Made by a program: the position numbers and the translations under genes. DNA of 63,924 bases, the filler included, from Asterionella formosa (Eukaryota), in NCBI GenBank assembly GCA_002256025.1. It is 13 parts of 13 records of this genome, joined end to end, with 100 filler letters (N's around TTAATTAATTAA, not from the genome) between each part and the next. Parts side by side here need not be neighbours in the genome. Positions count along the whole stretch, not along the records: positions 49,278 to 54,090 come from NKIB01013341.1; positions 54,191 to 59,010 come from NKIB01013342.1; positions 59,111 to 63,924 come from NKIB01013344.1; 10 more parts are not named here. The stretch is one strand, 5' to 3'. The notes beneath the pieces were generated by a model, which saw only the letters and a list, made by a program, of their open reading frames with translations, did not search any database and was not told the origin of the DNA. This document shows positions 49,391 to 61,257 of this stretch, piece after piece; position 1 is the first letter of the stretch, and every line of letters begins with the position of its first letter.

Positions 49391-50521
49391 TCACCGGTAT
49401 GTTTTTATGGCTGTCGTTCGATTTTCGCAACACTTGGTACCCGGTAGCAGGGTACCGGTACCCTGGTACATCATTCCCACGGGTCTCACACATATTACCT
49501 GGTACCGGTACGGTACCTGGTGGACCAGCTATTTGGAACGGAGTACCGGTAACTGGTACCAGGTACCCTGATACCTACCTGTAGAACCAGCAGTATACCG
49601 GTACTGGTACTTACTATGTATTGCCCGAACAATATATACCGGTACCTGGTACCAGCACCTGATACCGCTACATATGTGCAGATGACGACAAATGATTCAC
49701 AGGATCAAACAACCAAGCGGTTTGTTCAAGCGTCCTCTTTTCTTGATAGTACAATTTTTGGGGAGACAAAACTCCCCATTTTTCTGCCCTGATTAAGCAG
49801 CATGAGTCCAGCCGCCCACTATGCATACGGTGGTATCGTATAATGATACCGTAGTTTTATTGCTATTATAGTATCGGGTACTGGTACCAATGCCTAGTTG
49901 TTACGGATGATGACGCTAGCATGTGAATACCGGTATTTCAAATCCTATTTGATATGCCGGTACTGGTAGAACCATTCACTATTTGCTATTTTCATCACTT
50001 CGGCCAGAAATGGAGAACGATTTTGAGTTTGGAGAGAATAAAGCGACGTAGTTCTAAGCAAGACTTGCTTACCGATACTTTGTTTACGTTGCCTACTTTT
50101 GCTTCGGTCCGCCCCTCTATTGCCCCAGTCATTGTCATTTTCTTTTTCCAGCCATTTGTCTCTTTTTGACGTTTCTGTGCTTGGACGAAATAATTATTTA
50201 TGGGCATGTCACTAAACAATTCGTGATACTTTCGATTCAAAGAGAGAGTTGATGACGTTATCTATTTAGCGGTGGCGTTTTTGAGCGCCTGTCCTGCATC
50301 ACACTTGTCCATTTCAGCAAAATTATCGCAACTCTTTGCAGGCAGATCGTACACAATACCGGTACCTGGTACATACCGGTAGTCAAGGTGATGGTTCGCT
50401 CATTTCTGATTTCCCATCATCCAAAGTGTGTGAAGAGTGCTGTCGTTGTTGGTGAACCGTACGCACATACAATAGTAGAGTAACTTCAGTTGAAGCAGTA
50501 TAGTATATAGAAAAGACCACC

Positions 50522-51529
50522 ATGTCGTTTCACTCTGTTCTCCTTCTCCTGGGCTTCGTAGTATGGGCCCTTCCTGTTGGCATGTATGCCGCGGACTTCA
50601 ACGAATGCAGCGCAGCAGATGAACGATGCGACGTCCAGCAAGAACTACCGCAACGACAACAACAATGTGGAGGCAAACAGCAGGGATGCTTGCTCCAGGC
50701 TTCCCTCTATGCTGGTGGCGGAGGTTCCGCTCAAGCGTACAAACCTAATGCCCCTATCAAATCTCATCAACATGTGTGTCATCATGATGATAAAAATGTT
50801 GGAAGGAAAGCTTATTACAATGTAGCGACGTGGCCATGGTCCCGAAGATCGAGGAGTATTGGGCCTCCTCGTCTGTTGTTGGATGTGACCTTGTGGAGTT
50901 GTAGTAGTACTGATGACAATAAATGCTGTTGCACTCCATTCTCCGCCAATGCTGATCAAACTTTGGAAGTTTGGCAAGCTAGATCAGATGGTACGTATTC
51001 GTCCATCTCGCCTGGTCAAGAGGAAGGAGACTGTCGAGCGACTGTGAAAGTGTCAAGACATGGTAGGGCAACCATCGAAACAGTCGCACCTGGATCTACA
51101 GGAAGTCTTGGCGGATTAGGACCATTCGGGTGGGATTTTTCCCCTTTTGGGCCTCCAGTGGTGCACATGTTGGTTACGGCAGACAGTCATGATCCCAAAT
51201 TGATTCATCTTCCCGTACTTTTGGATCAGACGACACTGACCCCAAGACCCTTTCGGTGGTCAGAATGGAGAGGTATGGGATTTGTGACGACTAAGAATAA
51301 TGCTAAAACGAAGGAATCCGGCTACAATGTGACGGCATGGACAGCCAACAAGACAGCCATACAGGTGACGATGGACATTTACATGAGACGACGAAACGAT
51401 GATGAGCAGTCTCGGCCAGACCTAAAAGACGCTCTTTGTCCTTCGCCATTCTATGGCCTACCCAGCTCCTTTTTCTTTGAACCCATTGCCGTATGCGCTC
51501 CATCGATGCTTGATTTCTTTGCATTGTAA
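50522..51529 (+). CDS. Signal-peptide-bearing intradiol dioxygenase-like protein
   Basis: Hydrophobic N-terminus, then LEVWQARSDGTY, CRATV, IETVAPG and PPVVHMLV motifs. Confidence 0.7.
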   Translation: MSFHSVLLLLGFVVWALPVGMYAADFNECSAADERCDVQQELPQRQQQCGGKQQGCLLQASLYAGGGGSAQAYKPNAPIKSHQHVCHHDDKNVGRKAYYNVATWPWSRRSRSIGPPRLLLDVTLWSCSSTDDNKCCCTPFSANADQTLEVWQARSDGTYSSISPGQEEGDCRATVKVSRHGRATIETVAPGSTGSLGGLGPFGWDFSPFGPPVVHMLVTADSHDPKLIHLPVLLDQTTLTPRPFRWSEWRGMGFVTTKNNAKTKESGYNVTAWTANKTAIQVTMDIYMRRRNDDEQSRPDLKDALCPSPFYGLPSSFFFEPIAVCAPSMLDFFAL

Positions 51530-51694
51530 CAATAAATTGAAGCATCAGTGAGGATAAATAAAATGAAAGCATTATTGCCTCCGAAATCATGCAATTGGTT
51601 TATTATTAGACTGTAGGAAATGAATGTCTCAAATGCGAAGCATTGATCTCCACAAATCACTTATACATTTTGCAAATAACAATCAATTGGCACT

Positions 51695-52390
51695 TTACTC
51701 CTCCTCGTCTTCCTCCTCTTCTTCTTCCTCCTCGTCTTCTTCTTCCGCCTCGGCTTCATCAAAATATTGAAAATGAAAAAAGTTAGAAGAACAGTCAATA
51801 CACACAAAGACAACTTTTTCATACTTAAAATTATACCAATAATAGTAATGATCAAACGTACCTTCTTCTTCCTCTTCTTCTTCATCATCGGCACTCTTGA
51901 ATTTCGACCAATCGACAGTCTCATATGTCTTTCCATAGTTTAACGATGTCCAAAGAGTATCGGTAACAAAACCAGTCATGACTTCTGTTCCCAAAATACC
52001 AATAACAAGCCAACTCATGTATCCTGCGTTGCTTGAACCGAAACTATATACATATACGTAAATATGTTGAAACAAACGATTCATTACGATAAGTGTGAGT
52101 CACCATTGTATTCTCAAAACTCTCAAGATGAATCCTTTTTGTTGTTTCGAAAATAAATAAATTCATTTTACATATATACCAGTACATAAAGTATCTGCAG
52201 TCTACACATAAAATATGTATAACAAGCAGACAGACAAACAAACACAAACTCACATGTTGTACCATGATCGCAACATTGATGCTGGCAATGCAATGACATC
52301 TGATTTCTTGGTGGTAGTGCTTTGATGACGAAGAATAGAACGAGTAGCAATTCGTCGAATCGATTGTCTTGCAGCAAAGGGAGCGATCAT
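51695..52390 (-). CDS. QCR9: Cytochrome bc1 subunit 9-like protein with an acidic tail; two introns
   Basis: Spliced product MIAPFAARQSIRR...WYNIFGSSNAGYMSWLVIG...LWTSLNYGKTYETVDW followed by poly-E/D. GT-AG introns at ~52254-52045 and ~51860-51752. Confidence 0.7.
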
Positions 52391-52993
52391 GATGGCAAAT
52401 GTTTTGTTGATTTATTGGACGAGGAGATGATGGTCTTGAGCAAACGCAGAAGCAAAAACAACGTATAATAACAACTTGTTTGGCTTTCGGCGAACACCCA
52501 AAGTAATATATCAACAGAGAAACGTACTATGACGTCACTTCCTTAGTCTTGTCGCCGCCTCCTGACGAAACAATTTGTCTGCAGTACCGGTACCTGGTAC
52601 CCTGGTACTACCATTCTACCTCGTACCTGGTACCAGGTACCGGTAGACGTGCGTTGTGTAATGTGATGTATGTGTATGAGTACCAGTAAATGTGTGTTCA
52701 AGTAATTCAGGGGTACCTGGTACCGGTAACTCCTCGTAGTGGTATCTGTTCCTCCGAGTACCGCATCAGATAGCCTAGGTCTGGTAGCCTCCAAGCAAAT
52801 TGGTAGATTTGCTTTTCTCGAATCATGCATTGCAAGTGTAGCTAGTTGTAGTTTGGAGTTCATCACTCTACATAAAATCCATCCAAACTCTGCTGTTATT
52901 AATATCTTTATAGAGTCAGAACACGATGAAATATTTTATGCAAAGTATAAACCTGTAGTAAGCATGATATATATTCGCGCATCATCGTTTTCG

Positions 52994-53719
52994 TTATACA
53001 GAAGTAATTTTGGCCAAAGGCACTCGTTCGCTATTCTTCACACTCATGCTGTTGTGAGAATTGTTGTACCCAACTTCTTGTGATGGTGTTGAAAATTGCG
53101 CTTCACCAATGGCACTATGACTTGCCATGAAATTCGGGGTAACTTGGTATGAATCCGCAGAATACTCGTCCATGCTGATACCAATATCTTCATACAGCGA
53201 CTGAGCGAACAAGGTCAACTCATCCCTACCCAGGGCTATCAATACAGCAACCATCATATCAAGTAAAAAGACAAAAGTAGCCCAAAACCAAATCCCAGAC
53301 ATGGTTCCTTTATGTTCGCAGTCGTATGAAAATGTGGATAACTGTACACGTACGCATTTGGACATTTGTCCGTAAAAGAGGGAAAGGACAAATGCAAGAA
53401 TTGATCCACCAACGGCAGTCCCTAGACATACGCCTACCATAAAGTCCGAAGGAGTCAAGGCGTTGCAATAATACGGCATGCTGGTTGAATTCAGAATGGA
53501 CCATGTGATTCCATTCTGAAGGATCAACAGGAAGGACATCAGCAATGAATTGATGCCAAGATTGGGCATCATGGTGGCTGACACACAATAAGTGAATAGA
53601 AACATGTTGCAAATGCCCATGGCCATCATAAGTAGATTGAGTAGTGCAGGTATTGAATCTGCATAGGAGGAGATACAACTAGGCAGGTATGCGCGTAATC
53701 TTCTTGAATTCAAGTCCAT
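52994..53719 (-). CDS. Hypothetical 4-TM membrane protein
   Basis: Intact 241-aa ORF with four hydrophobic segments. Confidence 0.7.
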   Translation of the reverse strand: MDLNSRRLRAYLPSCISSYADSIPALLNLLMMAMGICNMFLFTYCVSATMMPNLGINSLLMSFLLILQNGITWSILNSTSMPYYCNALTPSDFMVGVCLGTAVGGSILAFVLSLFYGQMSKCVRVQLSTFSYDCEHKGTMSGIWFWATFVFLLDMMVAVLIALGRDELTLFAQSLYEDIGISMDEYSADSYQVTPNFMASHSAIGEAQFSTPSQEVGYNNSHNSMSVKNSERVPLAKITSV

Positions 53720-54333
53720 GATGCTAATGGTTGTGTTTGTTGTAGACGAGCCCTGATGATGTTCACGTTGGCAATAAGGGTTGCTTCCCTGGGACGGGAG
53801 TCTGTAGTTTTAGAATGATTGATTGTATGGAAGGGGAGAACCAAAAGGGATGGCACTGTAATCGATTAATGATGAGAGCTGGTGCAAGAAATCATGCTCA
53901 TTTCTTTTTGTCGAAATGGAACCGTCATCACACGATCTGATCGGCGCCGCCTTCCCTGCATATATTAACATTCCGCCGTATACTAACCGGTACATATACC
54001 GGTATGAATTGCAAATTAGAACATTATTTATTTAGTCATTCTCGGAGTGAGTACGTAGTTGCCTGTTGTTTCTTAGAGGTACCAGGTACCNNNNNNNNNN
54101 NNNNNNNNNNNNNNNNNNNNNNNNNNNNNNNNNNTTAATTAATTAANNNNNNNNNNNNNNNNNNNNNNNNNNNNNNNNNNNNNNNNNNNNATTATAAACG
54201 CTAAGTAAATTTTATAGTACCGGTACGCTATTGTTAAAGAACTCGACAATTGTGGAGGTTGCGAAGTCGCACTTAGACCTTCTTGTTGTCTGCCTCACGA
54301 CCCAGAACCCAAGGGACTACATAAACAAAGCAG

Positions 54334-54397
54334 TTGGAGAATTCGGGAATCGAACCCGCCACCTCGGAAGGTGAGCTAACCAACTAAGCCACTCACC
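54334..54397 (-). other. tRNA-like pseudogene or SINE head lacking an anticodon arm
   Basis: A box TGGCTTAGTTGG and B box GGTTCGATTCC, ending CTCCA. Too short for a full cloverleaf. Confidence 0.45.
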
Positions 54398-54747
54398 GAG
54401 TAAATACACAAAGTACATACCGGAATGTTTTGGTTCATTTCTTGCGAGCCAGCATCATAATACGTGGCGTACGATTGTATACCCAAAGCGTTTCGAGGCT
54501 TCTCAACATTCTAAGACCTATTGCCCTACGACATACATTACATTCAGTGACATTAGTTTGTGCACAACTGCTCAAATCATCGTTTTGCGCGTCAGGATCC
54601 TGCTGCCTTACCTGGCGTACGATTGTGCACCCTGTCGAGTGTTCTCATCGCACATTTGTTGGAATCATATGTAAGTACAGAATGTGTAATACTTATCATA
54701 TTTATACAGAAATTTTATATAACTTTGTATTGTGAGTCAGCATCCCT

Positions 54748-54996
54748 AACAAGGGGCAGAAGGGAATGCTGGTAGGGCAAACCTACAGTCTCACAGTACT
54801 AACGTAGTAATAGGTATAGTTTCACAGTAGCAAGATCATGTTGCGACCGGGTATTGAAACAAGGGGCAGAAGGGAATGCTGGTAGGACAAACCTACAGTC
54901 TCACAGTACTAACGTATCAATAGGTATAGTTTCACAGTACCGGTAGCCACATCATGTTCCGACCAGGTATTGAAACAAGGGGATGACGGGAATGCA
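54748..54996. repeat. Tandem ~110-bp repeat (2 copies plus a partial third)
   Basis: AACAAGGGGCAGAAGGGAATGCTGGTAGG...GGTATTGA is repeated. Confidence 0.9.
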
Positions 54997-55119
54997 GAAA
55001 TTTTATTTACAGATGTTGGTGCCCAGTAATCTAATTTAGTTCATGCTCATACTATTTTTCTTTTAGTTTCTAAATAGATAATTATATGGTTTAGGGATGA
55101 TCATTTACATTACGATGTG

Positions 55120-55812
55120 ATGGCCAAACAATCTTGTTTTGTTTCCATAAAATATCAAAATGTTAAATGAGTTTACTCTTGAAGAACTGTAATTAATAAA
55201 TGCCGGACCACTCGAACTGTATCAACATTCTTTGTTATCACTTCAATATTGAAGTTGTCATTTGGATATGGCACTAAATTGCGAATTGCATCAGGAATTT
55301 GTCCATCACCATCATTTCCAGGACCCATTCCAGAGGTATCAATTGTTCGCAAACTGGCTAATCCAAGTACCACCGGTCTTGCAACTGCATTTAGCCTTTG
55401 AATAGCAAAAGGTGCTTTAGCTCCATTTAATTGGCCTAATGGTCCTTTCTAGTCACTTAAAAACCATTTTGCCATTGCAGGTCTAAGCCATCAATATCAA
55501 GTAACATGTTATGAAATGCGCAACATGTTAGCCAGACTTTGTCAGGTTCTGTTACTCCATGTATTCGGATATCAAGTAACATGTTATGAAATGCGCAACA
55601 TGTTAGCCAGACTTTGTCAGGTTCTGTTACTCCATGTATTCGGATGCCTGAATTTAAAATCCGCCAGCATCCCTTGAGTATTCCAAAGGTACATTCCACA
55701 TCTTTTCTAAGTGACTCCAGCCATTCAGACCATGTAAGTTCTTGTTCAGTTTCTGGGTTTTTGTTTGGAGGCACTGTTCTAGACCATTTTAGATATCCAT
55801 TGTCAACTTTCA
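55120..55812 (-). pseudogene. Harbinger-type transposase C-terminal remnant with a 75-bp tandem duplication
   Basis: VDNGYLKW, WLESLRKDVECTFGILKG.WRIL and TCCAFHNMLL (duplicated) motifs. Confidence 0.85.
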
Positions 55813-55841
55813 AAAAGCATCCACTATACTTTATGGATACA

Positions 55842-56041
55842 CCTAACCCTAACCCTAACCCTATAGGTATGACGACTAGAGGCGTTGTCCCTTTGCCCTA
55901 ACACTAACCCTCCATCTATAGGATTTAGTCATACTGTGTGCTACAGTTACATGACCAGCCCTAGAAGGGCTGGATGCTCTATAGGGATGACGCCTAGAGG
56001 CGTCATACCCATTTCCCGTTTACCCTAAATCAAAAAAAAAA
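55842..56041. repeat. Telomere-like (CCCTAA)n repeats with palindromic hairpins
   Basis: CCTAACCCTAACCCTAACCCTA, CCAGCCCTAGAAGGGCTGG and GGGATGACGCCTAGAGGCGTCATACCC. Confidence 0.75.
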
Positions 56042-56052
56042 TGTGTTACCAT

Positions 56053-59010
56053 TTATTTGAGATCTGGCCATTGCAAATCAGTGAGACAGGGTATGCTGCT
56101 TTTGCATACTGCAACAACTGTGATTTTCCCCTGGGTTTGAGGAATATTGGATTTCACAGAATCAGAAACGCTTTGTCTGGGACTTAAATAAATCAAAAAA
56201 ATCTTTGTAAACATTTTGTGCCATCCAGCCGCATTACACATTTTTGTAAACTTTTTCAACACATTGTGGTGATCGGAAGTATGTACCTGGACACCATAGA
56301 CACTTTTGCCACACTTCCAGATCAGATCAATTGCAGGAAAATTGCAGTTTTTGGGTACATACATTCCATCCTCATCCATGATTTTTGGCAACACATTTGA
56401 GGGAAAGGTCCCCTTGGAGGGAAAGAGTTCAATGAGATTGCATTCCTTCAAAGAAGGTAATTCCTTCAAAGAAGGTAATCCCTTCAAAGTAACATCAGCC
56501 TTGAGTGAACACCGGTTGATCACAATGAGCTCGAAAATCCGACCACGAGCATCATTTGTCAATTTAGGGTTGGCACAGACACACAAAAGTTCTTTCTCAT
56601 CGTCATTGACAGAAGCCATTATAGCTTTCCAAAAATAACGTCGATAGGCTATTATCACCACAGGAAACAAAGGCTCATAGTTATCAGCCTGTACCACCTC
56701 ATCAGGAAGTGAACCTTCGCTGTCATATTCTACTGCATCCTTTTTGGGAATTGAATCTTTCCTGTCATGTTCTATTGCATCCTTAACAGGAATTGAATAT
56801 TTCCTGTCATATTCCATTTGATCTCCTGTAGTTGACAAAACACAAGCAACAGCAGATTTGGTGATGCGATCAAATTTCGTTTTTGTTTTCGATTCTTTCA
56901 AATGGTCAAGAGAACTTAGAATTATGCGCAATTCAGCATCTTCATACTTAGGGATAGAAAAGTTAGAAGAAATTAATTTCATCACCTGCCAGGGCACCCC
57001 ACCAGTCACCTCCAAGATCCTTGCGCTGTCATTTCGTTTATCCAAAACCTTAAATGCGAGCGTTAATTCTTTCCAATCCATTTGGCGAGGGTGATTGTAT
57101 TCATCAAACCCTAGATGTCTTTCCTTGTATGCAATCTCGTTGTTTGCTGAAGCTGAAACGATGGAGACAATTTGGCCTCCCTGCATTATTTTATCGATGG
57201 CAATAAAAGGAAAGCGAAGCGTACCAAGATCTCTGGCTTCCTTTTGCCCTGGCCGAGCAAACAATCTGTTGATCTGATCGAAAACCAGGACCCATTTCTT
57301 CCCCATACTTCGAAGAATCAAGTCAATGGCATTGACAAAAGTGTTGAGGTGTTTCGATTGCGAAACCAAACCTGAGCTGCTCGACCACGAGAGAGCCGAT
57401 AATGACGTACCAAGTGAACTGCAGATCGCTGTGTACAAATCGTCAACGTCTTCCCATTTGTCACAGTCTGGAATGAAAGTTACGAGGTACTTGCAGCTAC
57501 TGCCATATTGCAGTTTCCGAACCAAGTTGACAAGAGAGTGCGACTTGCCGATTCCATGCGGTCCCTTAATCATGATTCCAGTCGGACCACCTTTTTCGAA
57601 GACATCTTCAACCGCTTTCGTCATCTCCTTCACAATTTCAGGGCGATATAAGATTCCCCGACTCTTACAATCATTAAACCGCACTTTTTGGAGACCATTC
57701 ATCCAATAACTATCTTGGGGGGAAAAGACGGAAACAATTTGATCAGAAGAAGGTAAAGGATCATTGGAAGGAAGCTGGTTTCGATCAATGGTATAGATAT
57801 GCGATGTCTCTTCAAAACTTCGCTCTTTCTGATCCTTCTCCAAGCGCGTGAAATAATCGTTGAGCTTCCCACTTAGTAGCCCTAGTAAGACGGCAACCTC
57901 CTGATCATAGTTTAGAGTCCGGGAGGGTACCACGTACTTATCATTTAGTTTCTGGCGTTTCGTCGCTTCTTGGTCTTTTCAACAGTAGCGAGGTATTTGT
58001 ATGGGATAGATGATACGAAATGATACGTGAGTATAAGGAGCTGTGAACTACAATACAATAGAAGGTATTCCATGAGATCAAAATGCGTACCAATATCAGG
58101 TGCAACAATCACGAACGCATTCTTGCTGCTAGCTCCCCAATTCAGATGAACAACCAGACCAGGATCCAAGGTTGGATCATTAGTTCCCTCAGGAACCGGC
58201 ACTTGAGTTCCAGGTGGATACACACGGAGCTGCGCTGAGGAAACACCTTGAAGATTGTCACCACATTTAATCTTCACGGCATCCATCAAGTCAGCAATGT
58301 CATCATTCTTCTTCAAAGTAACTTTAAAGGGCGTTTGTGCTGTGTGTCCTAGAAACAACTGGAACCAAACATTCATTGTTATCGACATCATGGTTGAGGG
58401 AACCATAAAGGAGGCAACGTCCTGCTCATCATTTAGTTTCTGGCGTTTCGTCGCTCCTTGGTCTTTTCAACAGTAGCGAGGTATTTGTATGGGATAGATG
58501 ATACGAAATGATACGTGAGTATTAGGAGCTGTGAACAACAATACAATAGAAGGTATTCCATGAGATCAAAATACGTACCAATATCAGGTGCAACAATCAC
58601 GAACGCATTCTTGCTGCTAGCTCCCCAATTCAGATGAACAACCAGACCAGGATCCAAGGTTGGATCATTAGTTCCCTCAGGAACCGGCACTTGAGTTCCA
58701 GGTGGATACACACGGAGCTGCGCTGAGGAAACACCTTGAAGATTGTCACCACATTTAATCTTCACGGCATCCATCAAGTCAGCAATGTCATCATTCTTCT
58801 TCAAAGTAACTTTAAAGGGCGTTTGTGCTGTGTGTCCTAGAAACAACTGGAACCAAACATTCATTGTTATCGACATCATGGTTGAGGGAACCATAAAGGA
58901 GGCAACGTCCTGCTCATCATTTAGTTTCTGGCGTTTCGTCGCTCCTTGGTCTTTTCAACAGTAGCGAGGTATTTGTATGGGATAGATGATACGAAATGAT
59001 ACGTGAGTAT
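56053..59010 (-). CDS. Crinkler/CR-type protein: tandem ubiquitin-like headers, P-loop NTPase and restriction-endonuclease-like domain. Introns 58090-57975, 58578-58463 and >59010-58951
   Basis: Header VWFQL..FKV..IADLMDAVK..L..V..AQLRVY, Walker A GPHGIGKS, Walker B VLVFDQ, and YVPKNCNFPAIDLI..GVQV. Manual splicing keeps one frame throughout. Confidence 0.8.
57940..59010. repeat. 488-bp near-identical tandem repeat (2 full copies plus a partial), each holding a header exon and an intron
   Basis: ORFs 57945-58406 and 58433-58894 differ by only 3 residues. Confidence 0.95.
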
Positions 59011-60499
59011 NNNNNNNNNNNNNNNNNNNNNNNNNNNNNNNNNNNNNNNNNNNNTTAATTAATTAANNNNNNNNNNNNNNNNNNNNNNNNNNNNNNNNNN
59101 NNNNNNNNNNAGAACGAAAACCAGTTGCAATGGAACGCTCGCATGTGAGGTCTGGAGAAGTTGCACAGCTTGATCTCGGTGGCCTTGTCATCTTGGTCAG
59201 AGTCGACCTTGCATTTGTAGGTTTGGTACTTCTTCAACTCCATAGGCTGTAACGTGCAATCAAGGTTTCGGAAACAGGGAAACGATGTGAGTTGAATTAT
59301 CACTAGAAACACATCAAACCCCTTACCACAATTTAAATTGCCTGATGTAGGATCAGTAGCTCCAGAGCTCTCCAGTCAATGACTTACAGCTCCAGTATCA
59401 ACTTCAGACATTTTAATAGTGTTTATTAGTGTCTCCAACAAAGAAATGTGAGACTATAACATCCAACCTTTATTATTAGACGCTATTCACCACTTCGGGG
59501 CAAATTTCTCCTGGATTCTTGATTGTTTCTGGATGCCGGTAATTTCATGCATAAACATATACCGGTTGGAATATATAAATATGTATTTTATGCTTATGTA
59601 TAGATGTGAAAACAGCAGTCATTGTGTGTTTGTGTTCACACAACAATTCATTCCAGGTGCGTGTGAGCGACCTTCCCAACTTCCCAGATCCTTCCGAAAA
59701 CGCACAAGGGTAATAATTTATGTAGGCACTTTGTAGCACGTACCGGTGTACATAAATTTGATTCTTATACATCTGCCTATTGCCGTCAAGAATGTGACGA
59801 AAGGCGCGGCATCATACTCCGGCACATACCGGTATCCTTGTAGGGGTCAGATTAGTTACCGTGAGCGTGTCCTGGAGTCTACATACCGGTAAATAAACTA
59901 ATGGATATACCGGTATGTTGAAAATCCATACCGTTAAACGTAGCACTGCGTAGTGAGCATCGGTATCATTAACTTCGGGAACCAAGAAAAGCACTGCCGG
60001 TATGTGTGAGAATCGCGAAGGTACATACCGGTACATATGAAGTACGTCTAAACTGTACTTAGCCGCTACCGGCAGTTCCCTAATACTGCAGATACCGTAG
60101 AATACTCGACCCATTCGATTGTCATGTTACTTAAACGAACAATACCGTATACTGTACTTGGTAATCCTCGATCACATAAGAACGCATACCGGTATAACGG
60201 TAGGTAATACGTCTTATGTGTACGTCGTCCTCGTATGTCTACATATTTTTTGGGGCTGTTCCAAGGCGCCAGGAGAAAACCCATCTGGCCGCTTTGCCTG
60301 CCTGCCTCATCGATGTTGGGTGCTTGGGGGGCATCATGGGAGAATTCGAACTCCTCACACCAGTGCACATAATCAGGAATGGTTTTTAAGCACCCCATCA
60401 TCCATTTATGTCGCTCCTGGTGTCCAGTGAGGCACCCCACCCCTTCACCTGGGCGAGTTAGTGTGAGACTGTAAGGAATGTTCGTCGCCACGTGCGTCG

Positions 60500-61030
60500 A
60501 AATTAGTTACAATGAGGAAGTCAACCTTGCTCGTGACATCAGAAATCGCTGGTTGTTAGACAACGGTGCTACCATTCACATCTGCACGGACGTGCGCATG
60601 ATGGAAGACAAGAAACAAGTGAGTGAAACGGTCGTGGTAGGGAATGGAACTGAGATAGTATCAACTGTCTCTGGTACCGTGACCCTGACGACTATGGACG
60701 AAGGAAAACGCTTGAAACTCAGCGATGTGCTTTATGCACCGGAGTTCAAGTAGAACATCATCAGTGTCTCTAGAATGATCGACAAGGGTAATCAAGTGAT
60801 CTTCGAGGACGATAGGATGACGATACAAAACAAGAGCGGCTTTCTGACCTGCAAAAGAGACAAAACGCGAAAACTCAGAGTAATGTATCATGTCGAAGGT
60901 AATCCGATCATCAAGCAAACGGTGATGGAAGTCGAGCAACTACAAGAGAACACTACACAACAATTGATCGACGAATACAACGAAAACGATTGGACGAAAG
61001 TTGAAGCAAAGACGGGAAGGAGTACGAGAA
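60500..61030 (+). pseudogene. Copia protease-region fragment
   Basis: WLLDNGATIHIC, VVVGNG and LSDVLYAPEFK*NIISVSRMIDKG. Confidence 0.8.
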
Positions 61031-61257
61031 CTTTCAACATATCTGTTGGTGATGAAGGGGATGCAATAACACTTTCTCGTACAAACAAGGTGACATAGGT
61101 ATCTATTGTCACCTCGTACTCAGGCTACAACACATTCTTGTACAGACAACAAGGTGACGACATTTGTATTGTCTATTGGTGATGGAGGGACGCAAAAACA
61201 CGTTTTTCTCGTACAAACAAGGTGACATTGATATCTATTGTCACCTTGTACTTAGGT

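Noticed and set aside
55842..55863. True chromosome telomere
   Set aside because: Only ~3.5 repeats and internal to a contig.
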